Shown here: positions 1 through 8,602 of the stretch, piece after piece
How the letters are laid out: each line of letters begins with the position of its first letter
How positions within the stretch are numbered: position 1 is the stretch's first letter
DNA from: Patescibacteria group bacterium
GTDB lineage: Bacteria > Patescibacteriota > Microgenomatia > UBA8517
Assembly (NCBI GenBank): GCA_022868165.1
Contig: JALHYA010000002.1
Coordinates: 1,478-65,477, forward strand
DNA length: 64,000 nucleotides
Reading direction: 5' to 3'
Program-made: the position numbers and the translations under genes
The notes under the pieces: generated by a model
The model's input: only the letters and a program-made list of their open reading frames with translations
Database searches by the model: none
What the model was told of the DNA's origin: nothing

Positions 1-670
1 TTATTGAACTATTCTCCGAACATGAGCCTACGCTAACATTGCCAAAACCTAAACTTGGCGGAGATACAGTTAGCCCAATAGTCGCTGCCGGCTCTGTAAT
101 CGTTGTGGTAAGCGGTACACCTGTTCCGGCTAAATCGGTATCGGTATAGTTGATTAAGTCCGTTTCAAATAAGAATCGTGTCGGCTGATATGAAGTAACT
201 GCCGGCTCAGCATAATCGCTTGACGGCACTAGCCAGATTTTCGCTCCATAAGCATGTGCATAATTATCTGGCGGTACATTATGAGGTACTACCATGTTTG
301 AATCTGGCGGTGTGGGTAGGCTCATGTTGAGGTCAGGCGTTCCTGATATCGTAAGCCCACCGCTACCATCCGATAAACCCGTACCTATCAGTTTGCCAGG
401 ATTATTCCCAGGCCACGGATTAGCGTAGTAGATTAGACTGTAATTCGTTGTCGCTTCCAACCCGGTAGCCGAAAAGGTAAAGGCAAAGGTATTACCAGAC
501 TCAAAATAATCTAGTGTGCCTTGGATAGTACCTATGATAGCCCATGTGCTTGGGTCTTTATTGACCAAATCCAAAGAACTATCGTAGGTAGTCGCTAGAG
601 TCGGCTGCACAAATGCCAAACCCATAAAAACAAGTGCCAAGCAAACCAAAATTCCAATGTACTTTTTCAA
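1..670 (-). CDS. Secreted surface protein, runs off the window (partial; not in ORF track)
   Basis: TTG start at 670 after AGGAGG. Reads MKKYIGILVCLALVFMGLAFVQPTLA (signal peptide), then NYSLIYYANPWPG...GAKIWLVPSSDY...FLFETDLINYTDTD, open to the window edge. Confidence 0.8.
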   Translation of the reverse strand, partial: MKKYIGILVCLALVFMGLAFVQPTLATTYDSSLDLVNKDPSTWAIIGTIQGTLDYFESGNTFAFTFSATGLEATTNYSLIYYANPWPGNNPGKLIGTGLSDGSGGLTISGTPDLNMSLPTPPDSNMVVPHNVPPDNYAHAYGAKIWLVPSSDYAEPAVTSYQPTRFLFETDLINYTDTDLAGTGVPLTTTITEPAATIGLTVSPPSLGFGNVSVGSCSENSSI

Positions 671-697
671 TTCGATACCTCCTAATTTTGTATTTAC

Positions 698-727
698 ATA
701 ATAGCATATAAGACTAATCATTGTCAA
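698..727 (-). promoter_or_regulatory. sigma70-like promoter for the 670 gene
   Basis: TTGACA-18 nt-TATTAT with TG extension on the minus strand. Confidence 0.6.
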
Positions 728-739
728 TAGCTGGTTTCA

Positions 740-1009
740 TTATGAATCATATCCCAGTTTACAAGGAAATTGAAACATACGCTTGCAAGTACCACAATGC
801 CCTATGCCTTCGCAAATAATCTGTGTTTCCGCCAATACCGTCTCGGCATCTGTGTTATGGTATTTTAACGGCCTGATGCCAGTCGAGGCTATCAATCGCC
901 TAATCGTTGTATAGGATGTTCTCTCTGTAATCATAATCTCTCTTATGCCGTAGCCCTTTTTCAGTAGGGCTACAATGCGTCTCTCTTTGGCTGAACTAAA
1001 GACTGGCAT
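740..1009 (-). CDS. Small HTH-like protein with C-terminal Cys cluster
   Basis: IVALLKKGYGIREIM...SYTTIRR resembles an HTH; CGTC...PC at the C-terminus. Confidence 0.5.
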   Translation of the reverse strand: MPVFSSAKERRIVALLKKGYGIREIMITERTSYTTIRRLIASTGIRPLKYHNTDAETVLAETQIICEGIGHCGTCKRMFQFPCKLGYDS

Positions 1010-1021
1010 CTAAATTATCTC

Positions 1022-1396
1022 TTATGGAGATATCTCGCCCATAGTATAACCCGCCGGATAGCCATACTGTGTATTCGATTCGGTTTCAAGATAGAATGCA
1101 CCGCATATCTTTGCGACGGCTTTCGGCACTCCATAAAGCTCTGCCAATCTCGGCCTAGCCGAAGGCGAAGCCAATCGCCACCTGCCGGCTTGTGTGGCAT
1201 TAAGGAACGGCGGTACGGGATTCTTTGCTACTATCAACGCTATTCTGGCATCTTCAGTCCATTGTACACCTGTGTCACCCCATTTAAGAAATCCCACCTT
1301 GACATACTTTGGCTCAGGCCAAGCGAGAACAGAATTCGGAAAAAGAACTAGACTAAAGATAATAATTACCGCTATTAGGTATTTCATTTCTACCAC
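1022..1396 (-). CDS. Hypothetical secreted protein
   Basis: Signal peptide MKYLIAVIIIFSLVLFPNSVLA; coupled to the upstream gene. Confidence 0.55.
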   Translation of the reverse strand: MVEMKYLIAVIIIFSLVLFPNSVLAWPEPKYVKVGFLKWGDTGVQWTEDARIALIVAKNPVPPFLNATQAGRWRLASPSARPRLAELYGVPKAVAKICGAFYLETESNTQYGYPAGYTMGEISP

Positions 1397-1905
1397 TCCA
1401 CCTTGAAATCTTTTGGATTGCCTAACATTATTATGCAGGTGTCACCAACACCTTCTCTTATCTTGTAGTATTCGACCAGCGTGTATCCTTCGCTTACTTC
1501 AATAAGCGTATCATATCCTGAGCTTGCATCAACAAATACCAATTCTCCTTCTGTTACTTGGAAAGCATTGAAGGCATGACTCTGTTCGGAGCTTACTACT
1601 ACAGCACACCGGATACCAGCATTCTCGGCATTGTTGTGTAGGTCTACGCTAAAATTGAGACATTCATAACCGCTAGTTACAAATTCGTGTATTTTTTCAT
1701 TTCCTTTGCTATTGTGCGTGTAAGCTACTATCGGGTGATAATTCGTTGGGTCGCTTTGCAGGAATTTAACAAGCTCTTCTGAACTGACATCTTTGGCTTG
1801 ACTATTGTTGATGAGACTCAAACCGTAGAAATCCTTTGTTGTGGCACAGCCGGATAAGGCTAGAAGTACCATCAATAAGCCAAAACCTGCTAATTTCAGC
1901 CTCAT
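1390..1905 (-). CDS. Lipoprotein with transglutaminase/papain-like Cys-His-Asp triad
   Basis: Lipobox LSGC; motifs YECLNFS, HAFNAF, VFVD. Confidence 0.6.
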   Translation of the reverse strand: MRLKLAGFGLLMVLLALSGCATTKDFYGLSLINNSQAKDVSSEELVKFLQSDPTNYHPIVAYTHNSKGNEKIHEFVTSGYECLNFSVDLHNNAENAGIRCAVVVSSEQSHAFNAFQVTEGELVFVDASSGYDTLIEVSEGYTLVEYYKIREGVGDTCIIMLGNPKDFKVEW

Positions 1906-1911
1906 TGTTCT

Positions 1912-1940
1912 AATATAGCATACCTGCTAACCCTTGTCAA
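1912..1940 (-). promoter_or_regulatory. sigma70-like promoter, leaderless transcript
   Basis: TTGACA-17 nt-TATATT; ATG at 1905 lies 6 nt after the -10 box. Confidence 0.7.
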
Positions 1941-1972
1941 GTACCCTAATCATTAACATCTTATGCAACATA

Positions 1973-2002
1973 TTGACAAAACTAATTATTGTGTGTTATA
2001 CT
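1973..2002 (+). promoter_or_regulatory. sigma70-like promoter for the polymerase operon
   Basis: TTGACA-18 nt-TATACT with TGn extension; divergent from the 1912-1940 promoter. Confidence 0.7.
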
Positions 2003-2012
2003 AGATTTCGTT

Positions 2013-2168
2013 ATGAGTAATCGTGTAAAGATACCCCATAAGCTTTATTGTAGGCGTTGTGGCCACAGGTGGGTGCCACGCAAACAGATACAAGGTGTAT
2101 GTCCTAAATGCCATAGCCCTCATTGGAATAGGCGTAAACCTATAATTGAGAGTATCAATAATGAATAA
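2013..2168 (+). CDS. Small zinc-ribbon protein (51 aa, not in ORF track)
   Basis: MSNRVKIPHKLYCRRCGHRWVPRKQIQGVCPKCHSPHWNRRK...; two CxxC; paralogue at 59036-59188. Confidence 0.8.
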   Translation: MSNRVKIPHKLYCRRCGHRWVPRKQIQGVCPKCHSPHWNRRKPIIESINNE

Positions 2169-2661
2169 GACTGAGCAATTGGCTTATGATTGGCTTATAG
2201 GGCAAGGATATACTGGTATTAAGTATCAATATAATAAAACTCCTGATTTCTCTACAAAGCAGGGTGTAAATTTTGAAGTTAAGAAACCCACCCACAATGA
2301 CTATATAGTCTTTTGGGTTGCTCAACATCAAACATTAACTCAATTAAACAATTGTACCATCCTTATATTCGATGGCCTGCCTACCCCACTTGCTATCATT
2401 CCATTCTCCGATATACAAGAAGATAAACTGATATTAAATAGGTACAAGGTGTTAATACACCGGCAGACGCCAATAAGAATAAAGCGGAGTAATGGTCTTG
2501 TTTACACAACTGTGGCGAAAGCAGCTAAAATGTGTCTAGTGTCAGAACGAACTATTTATAGATTTTTTGACGAAGGATTACCCAAGTACCAACACAAAAA
2601 GTTTAGCAGGGTACTTATTAAACCTAAAGAGTTGCACGCTTTCTTGGGAAAGCAACGATAA
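2161..2661 (+). CDS. PD-(D/E)xK-like nuclease domain fused to an excisionase-type HTH
   Basis: TPDF...FEVK motif; C-terminal TVAKAAKMCLVSERTIYRF. Confidence 0.6.
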   Translation: MNKTEQLAYDWLIGQGYTGIKYQYNKTPDFSTKQGVNFEVKKPTHNDYIVFWVAQHQTLTQLNNCTILIFDGLPTPLAIIPFSDIQEDKLILNRYKVLIHRQTPIRIKRSNGLVYTTVAKAAKMCLVSERTIYRFFDEGLPKYQHKKFSRVLIKPKELHAFLGKQR

Positions 2662-2776
2662 TGAAACGCTTTACTAAAGACCATTGGAAATCACTAGGAA
2701 TACTGGTAGCAATATGGTCTTTTATATTCGGACTTATAGCGTTTATAGTATACTTTATTAAGATAAGAGGACATTT

Positions 2777-3775
2777 ATGGTAAACCGTGAACAGATAGTC
2801 AACCGTGCCAAAGAACTCATAGCCCAAAACCCACTATGGGGTAAATACCGGCTCAATAGGCAACTAAGGTCTGAATTTGGCAAAGGTCTACGCTATACCG
2901 AAACACTAAAACTTAAACGCCAAGCCGTAATCCCCGAAACAGCTCGTGAAGTCCAGCAGACGCTTAACAGGCGGCAATCTTTAACTAAAGAACAATTCCT
3001 ACAAGAAGAGGCTATCTACTATGCCCAATTCCCAATCAGCACATCCGGTATGCTTCAACTGCGCCGATTCCGGAAGACTGAGATAAAAAGGGCTAGACGA
3101 GCCGGAATAACCCCAAAGCGAATATTGCCCTATATCTACGAATCCTACAAGGCTAGAGGCTTCATACAACGAGGCAGGCTTGATGTAAACAGCTGGACAC
3201 GGCAAGTTATAGCCCAATTAGAAAAGAAGCCGCGCCAGCGTCATTCAGTGGCGATTCCGCCCGATAACTACGTCACCTACCTGAAAGCACGGAAAACTAT
3301 ACCAGCTCAAGATGCGATAGACCTAGCCGACAAGATACCGGCAAAATACTGGACTGAACGGTCAAGGGATTACGCCATATTACAGCAACATCATTTTAGC
3401 CATTGGGAAATAATGCAGATAATCACGGCTCAGACACCAAAAGACAAAACTGGCAATCAAACGCTTCAAGAGCTAGACCTCACGAATCCTTACTGGGTTT
3501 TGCATATGGCAGACCGTGTTAAATGGTATAACGATACGGTACATGTTTTCATGCAACGTGGCATGACACGAGGACAGGCTCATAGTGCAACGATGCGTGA
3601 GCTCCGCATCTATTATGATAAAGACAGGAAACGAAAACCGTGGGATTGGTTAAAGGATTTCTCGCCGACAAAGGATAAAGGTGCTGGGAAGCAAATAGAC
3701 TTTATTGACTCGGCTAGGAAACGCCAGGAACGGATAGATAAAAAGAAGATGCCATATAGGGCTAGTAGGAGGTAA
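2777..3775 (+). CDS. Basic hypothetical protein, candidate terminal protein
   Basis: 332 aa, R/K-rich, just upstream of the PolB-like gene; function inferred from position only. Confidence 0.45.
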   Translation: MVNREQIVNRAKELIAQNPLWGKYRLNRQLRSEFGKGLRYTETLKLKRQAVIPETAREVQQTLNRRQSLTKEQFLQEEAIYYAQFPISTSGMLQLRRFRKTEIKRARRAGITPKRILPYIYESYKARGFIQRGRLDVNSWTRQVIAQLEKKPRQRHSVAIPPDNYVTYLKARKTIPAQDAIDLADKIPAKYWTERSRDYAILQQHHFSHWEIMQIITAQTPKDKTGNQTLQELDLTNPYWVLHMADRVKWYNDTVHVFMQRGMTRGQAHSATMRELRIYYDKDRKRKPWDWLKDFSPTKDKGAGKQIDFIDSARKRQERIDKKKMPYRASRR

Positions 3776-3776
3776 T

Positions 3777-3947
3777 ATGACACATATAGGTAAGACACAG
3801 CACTTCTGGACATTTGCTGGACATGATAGCAAGGGTGATTATGAACACTGTGATAGATGCGACAAATTTAGACAAAATGGCAAAGTAGTCAGCAAGTCTA
3901 CCTATCTTAAAAGGCTTAGAGAGGGTAAGATTAAAAGATTAGTATAA
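3777..3947 (+). CDS. Small hypothetical protein (56 aa)
   Basis: GGAGG RBS; MTHIGKTQHFW...HCDRCDKF. Confidence 0.55.
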   Translation: MTHIGKTQHFWTFAGHDSKGDYEHCDRCDKFRQNGKVVSKSTYLKRLREGKIKRLV

Positions 3948-3963
3948 TATTGGCTAGATTTTC

Positions 3964-4587
3964 ATGCAATCCAATAACGGCATCCTCGGTCTTCATGCTA
4001 TCAGACAAGGTGACAAAGTAACCATAGCCACCTCAGACGGCGAAACTATAGACAAGCCACCTTACCTTACAGAACTGGTATCACGCTATGGAAAATACCT
4101 TTGTATAGTTTACGACTTGGATTTGTTCGCAGCGTGTCTTTTAAAGGCTATTGGAATCACAAAGGAACAGGGGCAAATTCTTCACAAGACCGAACATCTT
4201 AGTATCCCGCCCTGGTCTATTACCTATTTCACTTCACGGTTTCTGAGCGTTGACTATGCCGGTGGCAGAATGCATCCCTACATAAACTTTGCAAATATGT
4301 CTCAATCTGGATATGGCGAAGCTCGATATGATAATCTGAAACCCACGATACCCGATGCCATAAAGAAAGCAAAATTAGCTAAAGAAGTAGGCGAAGATGT
4401 ACGGCATATTTTAGCATCACTAGGTCTTGACTACTCAAGTTTAATCAGTCCGGTAACACCCTTCCTAAGAAAGTTTACCCTGAAGTGGCCTACGCAGTCT
4501 GACATGGCGATAGAAGCAGGGCAGATGGCTACCGAAGCCGTGAAAGGCCACCGATTCGAGGCATATAAGATTGGAAAGTTCAAATGA
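3964..4587 (+). CDS. Family B DNA polymerase, N-terminal half (degenerate exonuclease domain)
   Basis: Ends AVKGHRFEAYKIGKFK, matching the YxGGRxE...G segment that directly precedes motif A; VYDLDLF resembles a decayed ExoII. Confidence 0.65.
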   Translation: MQSNNGILGLHAIRQGDKVTIATSDGETIDKPPYLTELVSRYGKYLCIVYDLDLFAACLLKAIGITKEQGQILHKTEHLSIPPWSITYFTSRFLSVDYAGGRMHPYINFANMSQSGYGEARYDNLKPTIPDAIKKAKLAKEVGEDVRHILASLGLDYSSLISPVTPFLRKFTLKWPTQSDMAIEAGQMATEAVKGHRFEAYKIGKFK

Positions 4588-5483
4588 CAGAAACAATCTA
4601 TTGTGCATGTGGGTGTGGCAATCCAATAGTTTATAAGCCACATCATAAATATTATGGCTTCCCCAAATACCTGCGGGGACATCATCAGAGAGGTAAAACA
4701 GCAGCAACATGCCCATATATTGCAGCGATGGCTAAAAAACTATGTGGAAGAACAAAAGAAAATGACCCTAGTAGAGCAACACAAGCCAAAAAATTGCGTG
4801 GTAGGACAGCAGCGACACATCCAAGTATTGCGACAAGAGCTGAAAAACAGCGTGGAAAAACAAAAGAAAATGACCCAGGTCGTGCGGCACAGGCCAATAA
4901 AATACGTGGTAGAACAGCAACTACAAATCTAGGCATTGCAATAAGGGCAGAAAAGATACGTGGTAGAACAGCAAAAGACTACCCAGATATTGCTAGGTCG
5001 GCAGAAATAAGACGTGGACGGACAAAAGAAACTCACCCTAATCTTGCATCAAGGATACGGGGTAAAACAAAAGAAAATGATGTTAGTATCGCAGCACGTG
5101 CTGAAAAAATGCGTGGCCGAACAAAAGAAACACACCTATATATTGCTGAGGTGGCAAAAAGGCAGAGTGGAGCAGGAAATCCACGTTGGCTTGGTGGCAT
5201 ATCCTTTGAACCATACACATCTGCATTCAATGAAGACTTAAAAGAAACTATCCGACAAAGAGATGAATTTTGTTGTCAAAAGTGCGGAGTTCCACAGATA
5301 GAATGCATAACAAAACTAGCAGTTCACCATATAGATTATGACAAAGCTAATAGCATACCTAGTAATTTAATCTCACTTTGTATCGGATGTAATTCTCTAG
5401 TCAATTCAAACCGTGAATATTGGATAAATTATTTTCAATTCATACTAAAGGGAAGAGAACTATGGCTTTCGACTACGATATAA
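4584..5483 (+). mobile_element. Free-standing HNH homing endonuclease inserted in polB
   Basis: N-terminal CACGCG; nine ~18-aa RG(K/R)T repeats; C-terminal RDEFCCQKCG...VHHIDYDKAN...NLISLCIGCN. Confidence 0.85.
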
Positions 5484-6433
5484 ATGCGGCGTATTTATCA
5501 ATTTTGTCAACATTGCCTGATTTGCGTCGAGGTGAATGGGTACACATAAAAGAAAACGAGATACCGCCGGATGCCACGCTTGGCGTTGCTCGATGTATCA
5601 TAACTACCGATGCACCGTTTCACCCGTTCTCAATAGACATAGGCGAATCAAGTTATACGCCGATAGGTACTTTCCCAATAACGCTAACCCTTTATCATAT
5701 CCGTTTTTTCGATAAATGGAAGATGGGGAGCCTTGCTGTTAAAGAGGGTTGGTGGTGGATTCCTAAAGACGAGCAATACACAATTTATCGTGGGGCAATG
5801 TTATGGCTTTGGAAACAGCGTCAAGAGTCCACCGGCAGAAAACGCTTAATCGTGCAAAGATTGTATTCTGCGTTAGTCGGAAAACAGATAGAGGGATTAA
5901 CCACTGGACATTTTGGGGATATGTTCAACCCGTTCATACCGGCTCATGTCGAAGCTGCCAGCAACCTACAGGTAGCCGATGCCTGTCTGCAAAATAAGAT
6001 AATTCCTATAGCCTGTACCGGCGATGGTTTTGTTTCTGACAAAAAGGTAGACTTACCATTGAGTACCGAAATGGGTGGCTGGAAACTAAACCGGCAGGGC
6101 GAGTGCATCTGCATAGGCTCTAACGTAATCATGTTCAAAGACGGCAGCTCAGCCGATGACTACCAAGACCTGCTTAATCAAATAAACGCTAATCCAAAGC
6201 TCACCACGTATCAAAAGACCTGGTACTCGCCGGTGACGCTAGCCGTGGCTCTACAGGGCGATTGGGATAGCTTGGGCGAGATACGTCAATTAGACCGCAG
6301 TTTTGACATATCCGCCGAATCAAAGCGCATCTACCCGAAACGACCAACTACGGGTAGTGCCTTGATAAGCGGTAGGCACTATACCTCGCTTCCGTGGGCT
6401 TATGACCAGCTAATCCTACCCAAAAATCCATAA
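5462..6433 (+). CDS. Family B DNA polymerase, C-terminal half (protein-primed type, divergent)
   Basis: MAFDYDINAAY (motif A), QRLYSALVGK (motif B-like), ACTGDGF (motif C-like), EMGGWK, ESKR; purine-rich RBS before ATG 5462. Confidence 0.75.
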   Translation: MAFDYDINAAYLSILSTLPDLRRGEWVHIKENEIPPDATLGVARCIITTDAPFHPFSIDIGESSYTPIGTFPITLTLYHIRFFDKWKMGSLAVKEGWWWIPKDEQYTIYRGAMLWLWKQRQESTGRKRLIVQRLYSALVGKQIEGLTTGHFGDMFNPFIPAHVEAASNLQVADACLQNKIIPIACTGDGFVSDKKVDLPLSTEMGGWKLNRQGECICIGSNVIMFKDGSSADDYQDLLNQINANPKLTTYQKTWYSPVTLAVALQGDWDSLGEIRQLDRSFDISAESKRIYPKRPTTGSALISGRHYTSLPWAYDQLILPKNP

Positions 6434-6460
6434 TTTTTCTCAAAAACAGCCTTTTCCCTA

Positions 6461-6489
6461 TTGACTTTCCTTGTAACACCTGTTACACT
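6461..6489 (+). promoter_or_regulatory. Promoter with overlapping palindromic operator
   Basis: TTGACT-17 nt-TACACT; perfect inverted repeat TGTAACA-CC-TGTTACA at 6472-6487. Confidence 0.75.
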
Positions 6490-6532
6490 TCAGAAGCATC
6501 GACCCACTTCTGGACTGAAAAGGACTAAGGAA

Positions 6533-6874
6533 ATGACAGAGGTAAATTACATAATAACTAAATACGAACTGGGTTGCATCAGGCGGGTTCAAGTACATTT
6601 GGAAAATAGACCTGCTGTAACCATAACCTATGAAAGTGAAGGCTTAACAGAACAACAATTAGTTCAAAGAGCTATTGCTTATTGGGAAGGCCATGATAAA
6701 CGAGAGGCGGCAGAAAAACAACTACGGGATAAATATGATAGGCAGGTTTACGCTGGTAATCTGCCATGTCATGATATTGAAACAAACCTAAACGGTTATT
6801 ACGCTTATGTCCTCAAGGATAGACGCTCTAAAGGTAAATATCAAATCCTCGAAGCTATCGAATTAGATAGGTAA
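6533..6874 (+). CDS. Hypothetical protein
   Basis: Probable start ATG 6533 after AAGGA; the track start at 6461 is the -35 box. Confidence 0.6.
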   Translation: MTEVNYIITKYELGCIRRVQVHLENRPAVTITYESEGLTEQQLVQRAIAYWEGHDKREAAEKQLRDKYDRQVYAGNLPCHDIETNLNGYYAYVLKDRRSKGKYQILEAIELDR

Positions 6875-6875
6875 A

Positions 6876-7187
6876 ATGGACATACAAGAGATAAGAACCA
6901 AACTCAATATGACGCAAGGTGAATTTGCCCAGTTTATTGGCGTATCACGAATGACCGTAAATCGCTGGGAAAACGGTAAAACCAAGCCATTGAAAATAAT
7001 CCAAGACCGGATAAATGAATTATTCACTAAAGATTTAATCGCCAAAGTGCGAAAAACCTATCCTAGAAGTGCCACGGAGGTAAGGCAAGACTATATTGAA
7101 AGGGCAAAACGACAAAAAACTAATTCGGACAAACCTAACAAGTTGGTATCCGGTAGTAACCCAAAGACTAAAAAGGATGGTGACTAA
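6876..7187 (+). CDS. XRE/Cro-family HTH regulator
   Basis: IRTKLNMTQGEFAQFIGVSRMTVNRWENGKTKP. Confidence 0.9.
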   Translation: MDIQEIRTKLNMTQGEFAQFIGVSRMTVNRWENGKTKPLKIIQDRINELFTKDLIAKVRKTYPRSATEVRQDYIERAKRQKTNSDKPNKLVSGSNPKTKKDGD

Positions 7188-7188
7188 A

Positions 7189-7560
7189 ATGAGAATCATT
7201 AAAGATATACTACGCAACCACCGCATATTCAATTCATGGGACATTGCCAGAACAGCAAAGAATAAATTGTTCATAAGCTATTCATCGGCAGAATTAGGCA
7301 GAGCATCTCGCCCTGCACATTGGCAAGTAGTTGGTATGGGTATAGTAACTGACAGGGATGCCCATTGGATGAATTATGGCAATAAAACATTTACTGTCTA
7401 CAACCGAGAAGAAAAGAACCCGAAATTACAAGAGGCAATTCAATGGGTCAAAACTACCTACAATATAGACATGGCCGACAAAGACCCGTTTGGTGCATAT
7501 CACCCCGCCGGCACTATAGCAAAACTACAAGAGCTAATTGCTAACAAAGGAGACAATTAA
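7189..7560 (+). CDS. Hypothetical phage protein
   Basis: GGATGGTG RBS, start MRIIKD. Confidence 0.65.
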   Translation: MRIIKDILRNHRIFNSWDIARTAKNKLFISYSSAELGRASRPAHWQVVGMGIVTDRDAHWMNYGNKTFTVYNREEKNPKLQEAIQWVKTTYNIDMADKDPFGAYHPAGTIAKLQELIANKGDN

Positions 7561-7561
7561 A

Positions 7562-7780
7562 ATGACAGAGAGAATTTGCTCATGCTGTGGACAAGGCTAC
7601 ACCGACGAATCAGGACATGAACCTAATGCTTGTGTTCAAAGATGCCGTGAACGATTAGCTAGGTTACTGGATAATATTGAAGATACCCGAACTCGTCTAC
7701 ACAATGCACAGGATAGGCAACGATATTTTAATGACGAACAATATCATAAAATCTTACAAAGGGAAGGAGGACTAACATGA
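7562..7780 (+). CDS. Hypothetical Cys/His-containing protein
   Basis: AAGGAG RBS; CSCCG...H...C. Confidence 0.6.
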   Translation: MTERICSCCGQGYTDESGHEPNACVQRCRERLARLLDNIEDTRTRLHNAQDRQRYFNDEQYHKILQREGGLT

Positions 7781-7929
7781 AACAGCACAAACACAAGAGA
7801 GCCGAATACACAGAGGACAGTAAATCACGACATTCCAAGTATGCTCTCAAACACAAACAGGGGAGTGATATGAACCATAAGCGGCATACTGTACCGGTAA
7901 ACAACTGTTCACTATGCTATCCAGAATAA
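7777..7929 (+). CDS. Small basic protein (50 aa)
   Basis: GGAGG RBS, ATGA overlap; MKQHKHKRAEY...NCSLCYPE. Confidence 0.55.
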   Translation: MKQHKHKRAEYTEDSKSRHSKYALKHKQGSDMNHKRHTVPVNNCSLCYPE

Positions 7930-7956
7930 AGTCGGAAAAAATAAAGGGGGAATGAA

Positions 7957-8142
7957 ATGCTAATAACCCTACTACACTTTTCAAAGGAAGAGGGAAACTA
8001 TTGCAAAGAGTATATTGTCTTGGCAACCCATGATGTAATAGCCCAATCTAAGAACGATGCCAAAGAAGATGGCTATATACTAGCGAATAGCATCACATTT
8101 GATGGCGATGTATCGCTACCAATAAACAAGGTGTTGGATTAG
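7957..8142 (+). CDS. Hypothetical protein
   Basis: AGGGGG RBS. Confidence 0.55.
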   Translation: MLITLLHFSKEEGNYCKEYIVLATHDVIAQSKNDAKEDGYILANSITFDGDVSLPINKVLD

Positions 8143-8185
8143 TCAAAGTCGAAATAGTTTATACTGATTGCAGGAGGTAAGGGAA

Positions 8186-8380
8186 ATGGCAAAAAGAGAA
8201 CTTAAATTTAACGAGTCCACCTTTAACGAAGAGTATATCTTAAACTTAATACGGCGAGAGATTGGGATGGGACGAATTGTGGAAGTTTTTAAGGGTTATG
8301 ATGCTTTCGGTAGATTTGATGGTAGCTATACAATAAATAGCTACTCCAATCCTGATTACATCAAAAGACAAAAGATATAG
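8186..8380 (+). CDS. Hypothetical protein
   Basis: AGGAGG RBS, start MAKRELK. Confidence 0.6.
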   Translation: MAKRELKFNESTFNEEYILNLIRREIGMGRIVEVFKGYDAFGRFDGSYTINSYSNPDYIKRQKI

Positions 8381-8413
8381 TTAAAGTCGAAAAAATAAGA
8401 GAGGAATTGAGAA

Positions 8414-8602
8414 ATGGCAAAGTATGATGTTGTTATCACTACAACCGACGGCAGGAGAATCACGGGAGAAACCACATACTCATTAAAACAGGCTGAGAAA
8501 CGATTGAAGTTTGAGCAACAAATTGGCGATGGTCGGATAGTTGACATTGTAAAGGACCTTCCGTACAAAGGTGGTTGTTACACCACGGAGGTCAAGTCAT
8601 GA
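8414..8602 (+). CDS. Hypothetical protein
   Basis: GAGG RBS, start MAKYDVV. Confidence 0.6.
   Translation: MAKYDVVITTTDGRRITGETTYSLKQAEKRLKFEQQIGDGRIVDIVKDLPYKGGCYTTEVKS

Noticed and set aside
4690-5165. CRISPR-like periodic repeats
   Set aside because: These are degenerate 54-nt coding repeats inside the HNH ORF, with no identical repeats, unique spacers or cas genes.
4584-5461. Group I intron, bulge-helix-bulge intron or intein in polB
   Set aside because: The insert is entirely coding and out of frame, with no intron core or intein termini. Junction complementarity (GAAAG/CTTTC, AGTTC/GAACT) does not fit a BHB geometry, and an RBS plus ATG explains re-initiation.
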